DNA from: Halarcobacter sp.
GTDB lineage: Bacteria > Campylobacterota > Campylobacteria > Campylobacterales > Arcobacteraceae
Direction of reading: 5' to 3'
NCBI GenBank assembly: GCA_048571215.1
Contig: CP182352.1
Coordinates: forward strand, 1,120,001-1,184,000
DNA: 64,000 nt
Position numbers and translations under genes: made by a program. This document shows positions 9,563 to 20,058 of the stretch, one piece after another; position 1 is the stretch's first letter; each line of letters begins with the position of its first letter. The notes below the pieces were generated by a model, which was given only the letters and a program-made list of their open reading frames with translations, did no database searches and had not been told where the DNA came from.

Positions 9563-11751
9563 TAAAAAGATTTACTAAATTAAATAAATTTACTGACACA
9601 ACTTCTAGTACTACAACTATATTATTAGTTTTGTTTGGGATTGCTTTAATTTTTTTATCTTATATATTTTTTCAAGATTATAAAAAAAACCTTATCAAAC
9701 AAAAAATTGATAGTTATAATATAAATGTGGCGTATCTAAATACAAAACTTGATGAGATTATTTTAAACCACAATAAAGCACAAATAAAAAAAGAGATTGA
9801 AAAACTATCTAAAACTTCACTTTTTAGCCTAATAAAATTGGAAAACAATAGATTTATTTTCAATAAAAATAGTTTATTTGAAAACTCAAAAGAGTTTAAA
9901 GATAGAACTTGGAATATTGGTGAAGTTGTAGTTGATATTAGGTTTGGTTCAATAATAAAACTACCAAACAGTTCTTTATATGAGTTTATCCCATCAAATA
10001 ATTATAATATAGACCAAACTATAAAAGTAAGATATCAAGTATATAAAAACTCACAAATAAAAAACATAATCGCAGAGTTTGATTTCTCAAGTATTGATGA
10101 TAAGATAAGAGTAGAAAAAAGTGCAAATGAATTGTCATTGAGTGGTTTTTTAAATACTTTTGAATTAAATAAATCTTATGAGATAAAAAAACAAAAATAT
10201 ACAGTATCAACTGTCACATACAATATCAATTTATATTATATAAATAAGCAGATTCAGGATTTTATGTTTAAAATAATACTTTTTAGTATTTTAATGTATC
10301 TACCAATACTATTTGTTTTAGGTTTTTACCATAAATATCTATTTAATAAATATGTTACAAAATCAATAAATTACTTAAACACTTATATTGATAATATTTT
10401 AGATAATAAATTTTCAATTATGGATAAAACTAAATTTGAGGGTACTCCTGAGATAAAACAGCTTACAAAAAAAGTTTCTAAGCTTTCATCTAAAGTTGCT
10501 TCACTTAGAAATGAACTAAATATAAATAAAGAAACTCTAGAGTTAAAGGCCTCAATAGATACCTTAACAAACCTGCCAAATAAAAATGTATTTGATTTTG
10601 ATATTAAAAGTATGTATGTATCAACAATCTCTGGTTATGTATTTATACTAAAAATTGAAAAACTAACACAAATCAGTGAAAAATACGATTCGGGTTATAT
10701 AAATAGTTTTATTCAAAGTTATGTAAATGTTCTAAAAAATGTGATTTTTAAATACAATAAAGAGATAAAACTATATAGATTTTATGGTTCAAAATTTGCA
10801 ATCATAGCTAGAAACTTTGATATGGAACAAGCTCAAAAGATGTGTGAAGAGATTATCTCAAAGCTTTATGATAATTTAAGTGACATTTACTATCTTCCTG
10901 ACGATTATATCCAAATTGGTGGTACTTTTTTTGATGTTTATGGCTCATTGGATAGTTTATTAAAAAGTACAGATAAGGCATATGAAAGTGCAAGAGCTAA
11001 GGGTGTTAATTCATATCATATAATTGCAGAGGAAGATATCGACAGAAACTATACTAAGTTAGATAATAGTGTTGTAGAAGTTATTGAAAGAGCAGATTTT
11101 GAATTGAAGTTTGTTATGGACTCGTATTTATTTGATGATGAAAATAAATTGATAATGAGTGAAGCCTCACCACAATTATTTGATGAAAATCAAGAAAAAA
11201 TACAAATAGGTTCTTTTATATCAATTGCAGACAAGTTGCATATAGCAGACAAATTTGACAAGTTAGTTATTGTAAAAGTGATTGCTTATATTAGAGGAAA
11301 TGATATACAACATAAAATTGCAATAAATCTATCTATGACTTCTATAAAAAATAGAGACTTTATGGCATGGCTTACTACTGTATTAGAACAAAATCATGAT
11401 ATTATAGATAAAATAGTATTTAGTATAACTTCATATACAGCATATTTGAATAAAGATACTTTTATGAATTTTATTGAAGAGATACATAAAGTTGGTGCAC
11501 AGATTATTTTAAAACGTTATAAAACTACAGAATATCCTTTAGATGAGATACAAAAATTAAATTTAGATTTTATTAGAATGAGTAATGAATATACAGAGAA
11601 TTTTGTAAATGATGTGGTAAAAAAACATAAAGTTAAAAATATCATAATTTTTGCAGAGTTAAATAATATAAAAGTGATAACTGATAGTGTAAAAAATGAT
11701 GCAGATTATGATTTATTGGAAAGACTTGGAACATATGCAACAAGTAGATAG
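9559..11751 (+). CDS. Membrane GGDEF-EAL protein with both catalytic motifs degenerate (LapD-like c-di-GMP receptor candidate)
   Basis: Two TMs, HAMP-like linker, DTLTNLPN, RFYGSKF in place of RxGGDEF, EAS in place of EAL, KRY in place of DDF. Confidence 0.8.
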   Translation: MIKRFTKLNKFTDTTSSTTTILLVLFGIALIFLSYIFFQDYKKNLIKQKIDSYNINVAYLNTKLDEIILNHNKAQIKKEIEKLSKTSLFSLIKLENNRFIFNKNSLFENSKEFKDRTWNIGEVVVDIRFGSIIKLPNSSLYEFIPSNNYNIDQTIKVRYQVYKNSQIKNIIAEFDFSSIDDKIRVEKSANELSLSGFLNTFELNKSYEIKKQKYTVSTVTYNINLYYINKQIQDFMFKIILFSILMYLPILFVLGFYHKYLFNKYVTKSINYLNTYIDNILDNKFSIMDKTKFEGTPEIKQLTKKVSKLSSKVASLRNELNINKETLELKASIDTLTNLPNKNVFDFDIKSMYVSTISGYVFILKIEKLTQISEKYDSGYINSFIQSYVNVLKNVIFKYNKEIKLYRFYGSKFAIIARNFDMEQAQKMCEEIISKLYDNLSDIYYLPDDYIQIGGTFFDVYGSLDSLLKSTDKAYESARAKGVNSYHIIAEEDIDRNYTKLDNSVVEVIERADFELKFVMDSYLFDDENKLIMSEASPQLFDENQEKIQIGSFISIADKLHIADKFDKLVIVKVIAYIRGNDIQHKIAINLSMTSIKNRDFMAWLTTVLEQNHDIIDKIVFSITSYTAYLNKDTFMNFIEEIHKVGAQIILKRYKTTEYPLDEIQKLNLDFIRMSNEYTENFVNDVVKKHKVKNIIIFAELNNIKVITDSVKNDADYDLLERLGTYATSR

Positions 11752-11757
11752 GATAGG

Positions 11758-12555
11758 GTGATGTATAAAATTTTATATTTATTTATTTTAATATTTTTTA
11801 GTGGATGTAGTATTTCAAATAACAATCTAAAAGTTCCAGAAAAAGAAAAATATACCACAGTAAGAGAATATAAAGATATTTCGAAAGATGCAATATTTGA
11901 AGCTGCAAAAAAGGTTTTTATAATCTCAGGTGGTTCAGAGTTTAGAATTGATTCCTATAGAGATAATCTTCAAGTTTCAAAAACAAAACTTACCCATTAC
12001 CCTTTTTATGCTTATACAACAGATGATATTTGGAATATTTCTATAGATGAGAAAGAGAATGTTTCAACAGTAAAAGTAAGCCTAAAAAGAGTAAAAGATT
12101 TTGATAAACAAAATGCAAGCTATTTATCTAAAGATTTACATGAATTATTATTAGATAGAGTAGATTTTCTTTTAGGTTTAAAAGATAGTTGGCCTTGGTG
12201 TATTGGCTACTTTACCTTTGATGATGCCTTGTGTGATGTTATAGATTTGCATCTATATACAAGACCTACTAAAGAAGACAAAGTAAAAGATATTTTGATT
12301 TCACAAAGAAAACCAAGTCAATCTATACCTGATATAGATAAGGATATTTTAAATGATGATATAGTATTGTCTTTAGAAGATGGTGATACAGATATTCTTA
12401 ATGGCAATGTAGCAGATAAAAAAGAAGAAAAAAGTAAAGAACCAACGGCAGAAGATGATGCTTTAGATAAAAGAATTTTAGAATTAAATGATAAAGTTAA
12501 CTCAAATGTTAAAGAGATGTTAGATAAAAATGAGGAAAAGATAAAAGATGAGTAG
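11758..12555 (+). CDS. Putative lipoprotein, unknown function
   Basis: Lipobox FFSGC after a hydrophobic leader; acidic C-terminus. Confidence 0.7.
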   Translation: MMYKILYLFILIFFSGCSISNNNLKVPEKEKYTTVREYKDISKDAIFEAAKKVFIISGGSEFRIDSYRDNLQVSKTKLTHYPFYAYTTDDIWNISIDEKENVSTVKVSLKRVKDFDKQNASYLSKDLHELLLDRVDFLLGLKDSWPWCIGYFTFDDALCDVIDLHLYTRPTKEDKVKDILISQRKPSQSIPDIDKDILNDDIVLSLEDGDTDILNGNVADKKEEKSKEPTAEDDALDKRILELNDKVNSNVKEMLDKNEEKIKDE

Positions 12556-13486
12556 AGTATTTTTATTAGTATGTTTAATTTTTTTTTCACTTAATGCAAC
12601 ACAGCTTGATGAAGCAATAAAGAATATAAAAAATAAAAAATACTCTTTGGCATTAGAACAATTAAATACTCTTGCTTTAGATGAAAACCCTTTAGCTCAA
12701 TATAACCTTGGACTACTGAACTACAAAGGTTTAGGAACTGAACAAAATAAAAGCTTGGCTTTTTTTTGGTATGAATTAGCTGCAAAAAATGGAAATAAAC
12801 AAGCACAAAACAATTTAGCTCATATGTATTATATGGGGGAAGTTGTAGAAAAAGATTTAGCAAAAGCAAAATACTGGTATGAAAAATCTGCAAAACAAGG
12901 TTATGCTTTGGCACAACTAAATCTTGGGATGATTTATGAGCGTAATCCAACAAAAGAAAACTTAAAAAAAGCCTTTGATATGTATAAAAAAGCTTCATTG
13001 CAAGGGGTTATAATAGCTCAAAATAATCTAGCTTCTATGTATTATTATGGCAAAGGTGTAAAAAAAGATAAAGTAAAAGCTTTATATTGGTATAAAACTT
13101 CTGCAAATGCTGATGATAGTATTGCTCAATATAATCTAGGAATAATGCACCTAATAGGTGATACTGCTAAAAAAGACCCTGAAAAAGCTATCTCCTTACT
13201 TGAAAAATCTGCACAACAAGGTTATAAAAATGCTATGCTAAAATTGGCAGATTTATATAGAGAAGGTAATGTAGTATCACAAAACTATAAAAGAGCCTTA
13301 GAGTTATATGAAAAAACGGCAAAAAATTATAATAATACAAAAGCAATGTATTATGTAGGTCTTTTTAATTTTCATGGATATGGTACTGTAAAAAATATGT
13401 CACAAGCTAAATATTGGATAAAAAGGGCAGCATTACTAGGTCATGAAAGATCAAAAAACTTTTTATCAACACATAATTTTTACTAA
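12548..13486 (+). CDS. Sel1-like repeat protein, secreted
   Basis: Repeated AQYNLG..Y..G.G...D..KA..WY..SA..G units; signal peptide. Confidence 0.95.
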   Translation: MSRVFLLVCLIFFSLNATQLDEAIKNIKNKKYSLALEQLNTLALDENPLAQYNLGLLNYKGLGTEQNKSLAFFWYELAAKNGNKQAQNNLAHMYYMGEVVEKDLAKAKYWYEKSAKQGYALAQLNLGMIYERNPTKENLKKAFDMYKKASLQGVIIAQNNLASMYYYGKGVKKDKVKALYWYKTSANADDSIAQYNLGIMHLIGDTAKKDPEKAISLLEKSAQQGYKNAMLKLADLYREGNVVSQNYKRALELYEKTAKNYNNTKAMYYVGLFNFHGYGTVKNMSQAKYWIKRAALLGHERSKNFLSTHNFY

Positions 13487-13573
13487 AATCAGATTTATAT
13501 ACTATATATTGACAAAATTGTTAAATTTAAGAGTAAATCAATTAAGTTTTAATTATAATTTCAATCTCACAAT

Positions 13574-13649
13574 GACCCTATCGTCTAGTGGCCAAGGACG
13601 ACAGGATTTCCTCCTGTAAACGGATGTTCGAATCATCCTGGGGTCGCCA
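13574..13649 (+). tRNA. tRNA-Glu (TTC), atypical anticodon loop; island integration site
   Basis: Acceptor GACCCTA/TGGGGTC, D stem GTCT/GGAC, anticodon stem ACAGG/CCTGT with loop ATTTCCT, T loop TTCGAAT, encoded CCA. Confidence 0.85.
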
Positions 13650-13657
13650 TCTATTTT
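13604..13657 (+). repeat. attL direct repeat (54 bp)
   Basis: GGATTTCCTCCTGTAAACGGATGTTCGAATCATCCTGGGGTCGCCATCTATTTT is identical to 36950-37003. Confidence 0.95.
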
Positions 13658-13809
13658 ATGATATTTGTAGAAGTTTTTAAGGTTTGTTATTTTAAACTTT
13701 CCAACTGGAATATGAAATATGTTTTAATATTGATCCGGCTACAATAATTCATATTTAGAGTTTTTAAAAATCATAAGTTAAAATATAAAGTATGAAAGAA
13801 GTAGAGAAA

Positions 13810-14185
13810 ATGAGAAATAGTAAATATACTAAAGAATTCAGAGATGGGGCAGTTAAATTTGTTTTTGAGAGTGATAAAACAGCAGTATAAATTGCTAAAT
13901 ATCTTGGTTAAGTAAAAAAACTTTTTACAACTGGATTAAAGTTTAAAAAAAGAACATAATATCTAAGCCAGTATCAATGAATCAAAATTCAATAAACAAA
14001 CCACTCAAGAAGACATGACTTAAGAACTAAACGATTAAGAACAGAGAATAAGTTATTAAAGTAAGAGAGGGATATTTTAAAAAAGGCAACCACATATTTT
14101 GCGATAGAAACCCTGTAAGTATGCATGGATTAAAAAGCATAAAATGAGTTTCATATTACACACTCATGTGTAAAATATTTTGAGT
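13810..14185 (+). pseudogene. IS3-family transposase remnant (orfA and start of orfB)
   Basis: MRNSKYTKEFRDGAVKFVFESDK.. with stops and frameshifts; ..RDILKKATTYFA..; KYAWIKKH. Confidence 0.8.
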
Positions 14186-14675
14186 ATGATATAGGGTTGA
14201 CAGATTATTTTTAAATAGGCATAATTACTAGCTTAATCCTGCTCTAAATATTGAAGGTTACATACTGTATTACATGGATTAATAGTTCTGAAGTACTTAT
14301 TGAACAAAAACATATAAAAGATTATGAATATATGGTAAAATTATTTTGATTATTTACTACAGTTTTTTAAAGATGAAAGATATATAAGAATTGAAAACAA
14401 ACCGGTACTATGTATTTATCGAATATATGGATGAATATATTGATTTTTTTATTAACGAAGCTATAACAAATGGATTTGATGAAATTTAAAAATGATAAAT
14501 TAATTATGATATATAAGTTAAATGAATTAGAAGATAAACAATTAGATGTTACTTTAAAATTTGATAAATCTATCGTCAAAGCATTAGATATCAAAAATAA
14601 ACTCTTAAATAGAAAACTTGAATATTCATCTGTTTTAGTTTCTTGTGATATTTTTACTAAAGACGAAATGGAAAC

Positions 14676-15419
14676 ATGCTTGATAAACAAATAAAAATAT
14701 CAATTATTACAATAGTCTTAAATGATAAACAAAATATCGAAGAAACTATACAGTCAGTTGTATCTCAAAATATTGAAATAGAGTATATCGTCATAGATGG
14801 TGCTTCAACTGATGGCACTTTGGATGTGTTACAAAAGCACAAAGATAAAATAGACACTATAATTAGTGAAAAAGATAGCGGTATTTATAAGGCAATGAAT
14901 AAAGCTATTGATATGGCAAATGGTGAGTGGATTTGTTTTATGAATAGTGGAGATATGTTTTATGATTCAAAAGTTTTAAAAAATATATTGCCAAAAATTG
15001 ATGATAGTGTAGATATAGTCTATGGAGATCAAGAAGTAAGATATGCTTCAAAAAAAAAGATAGTTAAAGCTAATATGAGTATCCAAGATATATGGAAGGG
15101 AATGATATTTTCACACCAAAGCTGTTTTGTAAAAAAAGATATTTTACAACAATATAAATTTAATGAATCAAACCGTATAACAGCTGATTACGAGCTTTTT
15201 TATACTCTTTATATAGCAAAGAAAAAATTTAGCTATGAACCGATGATAATAGCAAGTGTAAGTACTGGTGGAGTTTCTGATATAAAAAGAATTGATAGCA
15301 TTGTAAGTAGATGGAAGATAGTCGATAAAAGTTTTGGTGCAAATATCTACTATCTAAAACTAATAATAGGTGAACTGGTAAAACTACCTATCAAGAAAAT
15401 TTTAGGAATAGGTAAATGA
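14676..15419 (+). CDS. Glycosyltransferase family 2 (WcaE-like)
   Basis: ISIITIVLN, YIVIDGASTDGT, SEKDSGIYKAMNKAI, FMNSGD, HQS. Confidence 0.9.
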   Translation: MLDKQIKISIITIVLNDKQNIEETIQSVVSQNIEIEYIVIDGASTDGTLDVLQKHKDKIDTIISEKDSGIYKAMNKAIDMANGEWICFMNSGDMFYDSKVLKNILPKIDDSVDIVYGDQEVRYASKKKIVKANMSIQDIWKGMIFSHQSCFVKKDILQQYKFNESNRITADYELFYTLYIAKKKFSYEPMIIASVSTGGVSDIKRIDSIVSRWKIVDKSFGANIYYLKLIIGELVKLPIKKILGIGK

Positions 15420-15420
15420 T

Positions 15421-16488
15421 ATGAAAATCGTTTATGACAATATTATATACTCTTTACAAAAAGCTGGTGGGATATCTGCTTATTGGAAAGGATTGAGTTC
15501 AAGACTTAAAAACTCTGGTATAGATATAATATTTTATGGCTACCCTAATGACAATATTTTTATGTCATATTTGGATGTTGATTTTAAAAAAGAGTCATCT
15601 ATAAACTATAAAATAAATCGATACCTAGACTTTCAACAAAAGCTTCCTAAAGGCTCTATTTTTCATAGTAGCTACTATCGTATTGCAAATCAAAAAGATG
15701 TTGTGAATATAACTACAGTACATGATTTTACTTATGAGTACTATAGAAGTGACTTAGCAAGACTTATTCATTCTTGGCAGAAATCTCGGGCTATCAATAA
15801 AAGTGATGGAATCATTTGTATATCTGAAAATACAAAAAAAGATCTTTTAAAGTTTTATCCAAATATAAAAGAAGAAAAAATAGAAGTGATTTACAATGGG
15901 GTAGATGATACATTTTGTCAACTTAAAGATCCATCTCAATATTTGAAAATTAGGTACCCTGTACTTTACAATAAAAAATATATCCTTTATGTTGGAAATA
16001 GAAATAGCTACAAAAATTTTGATATTGCGGTTAAAGTTGTAGAACAGATACATAACTGCGTTTTGGTTATTGTTGGAGGAGGAGATATATCTGATAAGGA
16101 AAAAAAGTTATTACAAAAAGAATATTTCCATTACCAAGGTATAAATGCAAAAGATTTAAATATTTTATATAACAATGCATTCTGTCTTTTATACCCATCT
16201 AGTTATGAAGGTTTTGGGATACCAATAGTAGAAGTTATGAGTGCAGGATGTCCTGTAATAAGTACTAATACTTCTTCCATACCAGAAGTTGCTGGTGATG
16301 CTGGATTATTGGTAGATAAAATAGAAGTTGAAGAGTTTATTCGACTCATATTAAAACTAGAAAATAAAAACTATAGAGATGAAATAATCAAAAAAGGGTT
16401 AAATCAAGCAAAAAAGTTTAGCTGGGATAAGTGTTTTGAAGAAACACTTGAATTTTATAAAAAAGTAGTAGGTAAAAAGTTTTCATGA
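15421..16488 (+). CDS. Glycosyltransferase family 4 (GT-B)
   Basis: AGGISAY, TVHD, YPSSYEGFGIPIVE, SSIPEVAG. Confidence 0.92.
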   Translation: MKIVYDNIIYSLQKAGGISAYWKGLSSRLKNSGIDIIFYGYPNDNIFMSYLDVDFKKESSINYKINRYLDFQQKLPKGSIFHSSYYRIANQKDVVNITTVHDFTYEYYRSDLARLIHSWQKSRAINKSDGIICISENTKKDLLKFYPNIKEEKIEVIYNGVDDTFCQLKDPSQYLKIRYPVLYNKKYILYVGNRNSYKNFDIAVKVVEQIHNCVLVIVGGGDISDKEKKLLQKEYFHYQGINAKDLNILYNNAFCLLYPSSYEGFGIPIVEVMSAGCPVISTNTSSIPEVAGDAGLLVDKIEVEEFIRLILKLENKNYRDEIIKKGLNQAKKFSWDKCFEETLEFYKKVVGKKFS

Positions 16489-16697
16489 AAATTCCAATAA
16501 TAACAGTTGTTTTAAATGGTGCCAAGACTATCAGAGGAACCATAGAATCTGTATTGAGCCAAACATATGACAATATTGAATATATTGTTATTGATGAAGA
16601 AAGTATAGATGATACCATGGATATAATTAATGAATATCAAAACAAGATTAGTAAGAGTTGGAAAGAGAAAAAATTGAATGGAGTATATTTTAGGTGA
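16485..16697 (+). pseudogene. Truncated GT2 (N-terminal 70 aa only)
   Basis: IITVVLNGAKTIRGTIESVLSQTYDNIEYIVID..SIDDT, then ends. Confidence 0.75.
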
Positions 16698-17725
16698 AAA
16701 ATATTGTAAAAGTGGTTTTAATAAATATGTGTATTTTTTTCTCAATAATTGGGTTTATTGTTTTATCTCCAATAATAATTTATAAAGGATATAAAAGTTT
16801 AAAAGATTTAATTATACAAGAGAAAACAAATGACAGTTTTTATAAAGAATATAAAAAAGTAAAACAAAAATATCATGATTTTGTAACTTATAAGGATGAA
16901 GAATTTCAAGGTAAAATTATAAATATTGATAAAAATGGGAATAGATTTACTCATGTATCTAAAAATTTTATTGATAATGATTCTAAGTACATATTTTTTG
17001 GAGGATCAATTATTTGGGGGTATGGAGAAAGTGATGAAAAAACTATTCCCTCAATTTATTCTCAAAAAAATAGAGTTTATACTGAAAATTTTGCAGTGAG
17101 TGGATATACTTCAAGACAATCACTAGCAAAATTAATTAACTATTATGTTAAAAACCCAATTTCAACAAAAAAAAGGATAATAATTTTTACTGATGGGGCC
17201 CTTGATTATTATATGAATTGTAGGGATGATGATATGACATTAAAAACAGGGTATAGTGAAAAAATAGTAAATATGTTAAATACAAAAAATCCATTGAGCT
17301 TTGAAATATTATCAAGTCCTAGTTTAGCTTTTTTTAAAGAATTAAAAAATAGATTAGAGAATAAAGAAGAAATATCTTTAAGAAAAGTTTGTTCTAAAGA
17401 AAAGATTAAATTTATTACAACATCTATATTAAGAGTTTGGAGTATTGCAAATCAACTTGCAAAAGCACATGGAGATGAGTTTATAGCAGTGCTTCCACCT
17501 TCAATATTAGATAAAGAAGATAATACTGAAGATTATAAAAAAGAGTATAAAGAATTAAGAAAAAATATTAAAAATTATACAGATATTAACTTTATTGATT
17601 TAAGTAAAATTTTTACAGATAATAAAAATGCATATTTAGATAGTATGCATTATTCATTTGAAGGAAAAAAGATATATGTTAAAGAATTAACAAAAGAAAT
17701 AAAAAAATTGGAAAAAAATAAATGA
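16694..17725 (+). CDS. Membrane-anchored SGNH/GDSL-fold protein
   Basis: N-terminal TM; block I FFGGS..WG, block II FAVSGY, block V DSMH. Confidence 0.8.
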   Translation: MKNIVKVVLINMCIFFSIIGFIVLSPIIIYKGYKSLKDLIIQEKTNDSFYKEYKKVKQKYHDFVTYKDEEFQGKIINIDKNGNRFTHVSKNFIDNDSKYIFFGGSIIWGYGESDEKTIPSIYSQKNRVYTENFAVSGYTSRQSLAKLINYYVKNPISTKKRIIIFTDGALDYYMNCRDDDMTLKTGYSEKIVNMLNTKNPLSFEILSSPSLAFFKELKNRLENKEEISLRKVCSKEKIKFITTSILRVWSIANQLAKAHGDEFIAVLPPSILDKEDNTEDYKKEYKELRKNIKNYTDINFIDLSKIFTDNKNAYLDSMHYSFEGKKIYVKELTKEIKKLEKNK

Positions 17726-18666
17726 AAAATATTTTTATAAATAGTATTATTTTTATTATATCTTTTATTATTATGTTATTTATAATAGAAGGTGTATTAA
17801 GAATTAAAAACTTAGATATGCGTAATTATAATATCGAAATGTGGAAATATACAAAAGAATTAAAAGTTAAAAGTGAGAATCCAAAACTTGGTTTTTATCA
17901 TAAACCATCAAGTGAAGCAATTCTTCAATCTGTAAAAATCCGTACAAATAGCTTTGGATTAAGAGGTAGAGAGATTTCAAAAGAAAGAAGTGTAAATAGA
18001 AGAGTTCTTTTTTTAGGTAGTTCTGCTACACTTGGATGGGGGGTTAAAGAAGAAAATACTATGATTTCACTTTTAAATAAGAGAATGGGTAGTGATGTAG
18101 AAGTTTTAAATGCAGGAGTTGGAAACTATAATAGTGTACGATATATTGAATTATTTTTCACAAAATTAAAAGAATTACATCCTACAGATATTGTTATACA
18201 TTTCTTTTTAAATGATGCAGAAGAACTCCATGTTCCTAAATCAAATTGGTTTTTACAAAATAGTCAATTAGCAGTTGTTACTTGGAACTTAATAAATAAG
18301 TTTGGTAATAATGGTACATTAATAGATTATTATAATAAAATATATGATGAAAATTATATAGGATATATCAATATGAATAATGCATTAGATAAATTAATTA
18401 AATATTGTGAAAAAAAAGATATTAGATTATATTTTACATTAATGCCAGATTTACATTATTTAAATAATACTGAGTTAGTACCATATTATAAAAAAGTAAC
18501 TAATTTAGTAAATAATAAAGGGATTAAATTTTTAGATTTAGGAGCTAAATTTAATAATAATGTAGAGGTAACAAAATATTGGGTTATGCCAAATGATGCA
18601 CATCCAAACGAATTAGCGCATAAAATTATGGCTGATCAAATTTATCCTTTTTTGCGCTTAAAATAA
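17722..18666 (+). CDS. Membrane-anchored SGNH/GDSL-fold protein
   Basis: N-terminal TM; FLGSSATLGWG, NAGVGNY, FLND, DAHPN. Confidence 0.88.
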   Translation: MKNIFINSIIFIISFIIMLFIIEGVLRIKNLDMRNYNIEMWKYTKELKVKSENPKLGFYHKPSSEAILQSVKIRTNSFGLRGREISKERSVNRRVLFLGSSATLGWGVKEENTMISLLNKRMGSDVEVLNAGVGNYNSVRYIELFFTKLKELHPTDIVIHFFLNDAEELHVPKSNWFLQNSQLAVVTWNLINKFGNNGTLIDYYNKIYDENYIGYINMNNALDKLIKYCEKKDIRLYFTLMPDLHYLNNTELVPYYKKVTNLVNNKGIKFLDLGAKFNNNVEVTKYWVMPNDAHPNELAHKIMADQIYPFLRLK

Positions 18667-18669
18667 AAA

Positions 18670-20010
18670 ATGATATTTAGTTCTTTAGACTTTTTAGTTT
18701 TTTTTATTGTTTATACTTTAATTTGGTTTTTAACGCCAAAAAAGTATAAGATAGCAACTATATTAATATTTAGTTTATTCTTTTATGGATATTGGAATTG
18801 GAATTATATTTTATTGCCAATTTTGTTAACATTAGTTGCTTTTATCTTTACTAAAATATTTCAAAATAATAAAAGTAAAACTAATTTAACAATTTCAATT
18901 ATTTTAATTCTCCTACCACTTATTTATTTTAAGTATTTTGATTTTATTTTAAATACAAAATTAATTGATATGCCAATACCTTTAGGTATTTCATTTATAA
19001 CTTTTACTTTAATTTCATATGTAGTTGATGTTTATAAAAATAAATCCCCATATGAAAATAGTTTTTCAATACTTTTATCTTATATTATGTATTTTCCTCA
19101 ATTAATTGCTGGACCTATTTTAAGACCAAATGAACTTATACCTCAATTAAAAGAGTTTATTGATGTAAAAATGAGACTTCGTTTTGTTGCATTTGTAATT
19201 TTTACGATTGGCTTGGCAAAAAAAACTGTTTTTGCTGATCAATTAGCCCATTATGTCGATCCAATATATTTAAATCCTATTGAGGCTAGTTTTGAAGAAT
19301 GGTTGATTACATTTTATGCATTTCCTGTTCAACTTTATTGCGATTTTAGTGGATATACTGATATGGCAATTGGATTAGCTTTATTTTTTGGGGTTAATTT
19401 GCCTTTAAACTTTAATAAACCTTATTTAGTTAAAACAATTCCTGATTTTTGGAGAAATTGGCATATTTCATTATCAACATGGATAAGAGATTATGCTTAT
19501 TTCCCTTTAGGTAAAATACTTAGTAACATGTATCTTAGAACATTGATTGTAATGACATTAGTTGGGTTGTGGCATGGTGCTTCATGGACAATGGTTATTT
19601 TTGGTTTTATACATGGAATACTTGTTGCTTTTTCTAATTTTTTAAGAATAAAGAAAATTAAAAATCCATTGCCTGTTTTTATGCAAATAATTTTAACTTT
19701 TCATATATTTAGTGCAACACTAATATTATTCCGGGCAACAGATTTAGATAATGCACTTGATATGATAAGTGTATTAATTAATTTTGAGAGTTTAAATATC
19801 CAAAGTTTTCAATATTTTTTATACCCTATACTTTTAATAAGTATATTTTTTATATCTCATCCTTTTGATAACATTGAACAGATTAAAGGTTATGCAAATA
19901 AATATAAAAATTTATATATAGGATTATTTTTAGTTTTTTTATGGATATTATCTATAAGTTTGAGTATATCTAACAGCGGAAGTGATAAATTTATATACTT
20001 TGATTTTTAG
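18670..20010 (+). CDS. MBOAT O-acyltransferase (AlgI/DltB/PatA-like)
   Basis: PLGISFITF, FPQLIAGPI, DFSGYTDMA, FWRNWHISLS, GLWHGA; C-terminus FIYFDF. Confidence 0.95.
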   Translation: MIFSSLDFLVFFIVYTLIWFLTPKKYKIATILIFSLFFYGYWNWNYILLPILLTLVAFIFTKIFQNNKSKTNLTISIILILLPLIYFKYFDFILNTKLIDMPIPLGISFITFTLISYVVDVYKNKSPYENSFSILLSYIMYFPQLIAGPILRPNELIPQLKEFIDVKMRLRFVAFVIFTIGLAKKTVFADQLAHYVDPIYLNPIEASFEEWLITFYAFPVQLYCDFSGYTDMAIGLALFFGVNLPLNFNKPYLVKTIPDFWRNWHISLSTWIRDYAYFPLGKILSNMYLRTLIVMTLVGLWHGASWTMVIFGFIHGILVAFSNFLRIKKIKNPLPVFMQIILTFHIFSATLILFRATDLDNALDMISVLINFESLNIQSFQYFLYPILLISIFFISHPFDNIEQIKGYANKYKNLYIGLFLVFLWILSISLSISNSGSDKFIYFDF

Positions 20011-20058
20011 TTTTTTGAAAAGTGTATATTATTAATATTTTGATATAATAAAAGAGGG

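Noticed and set aside
14230..14694. 74-aa ORF at 14470-14694 and upstream broken frames
   Set aside because: No recognisable motif; probably a decayed gene next to the IS3 remnant, cannot be assigned
15050..15058. Poly-A tract as a phase-variation switch in a GT2 gene
   Set aside because: A-runs of this length are common in this AT-rich DNA; no long poly-G/C tracts were seen in the island
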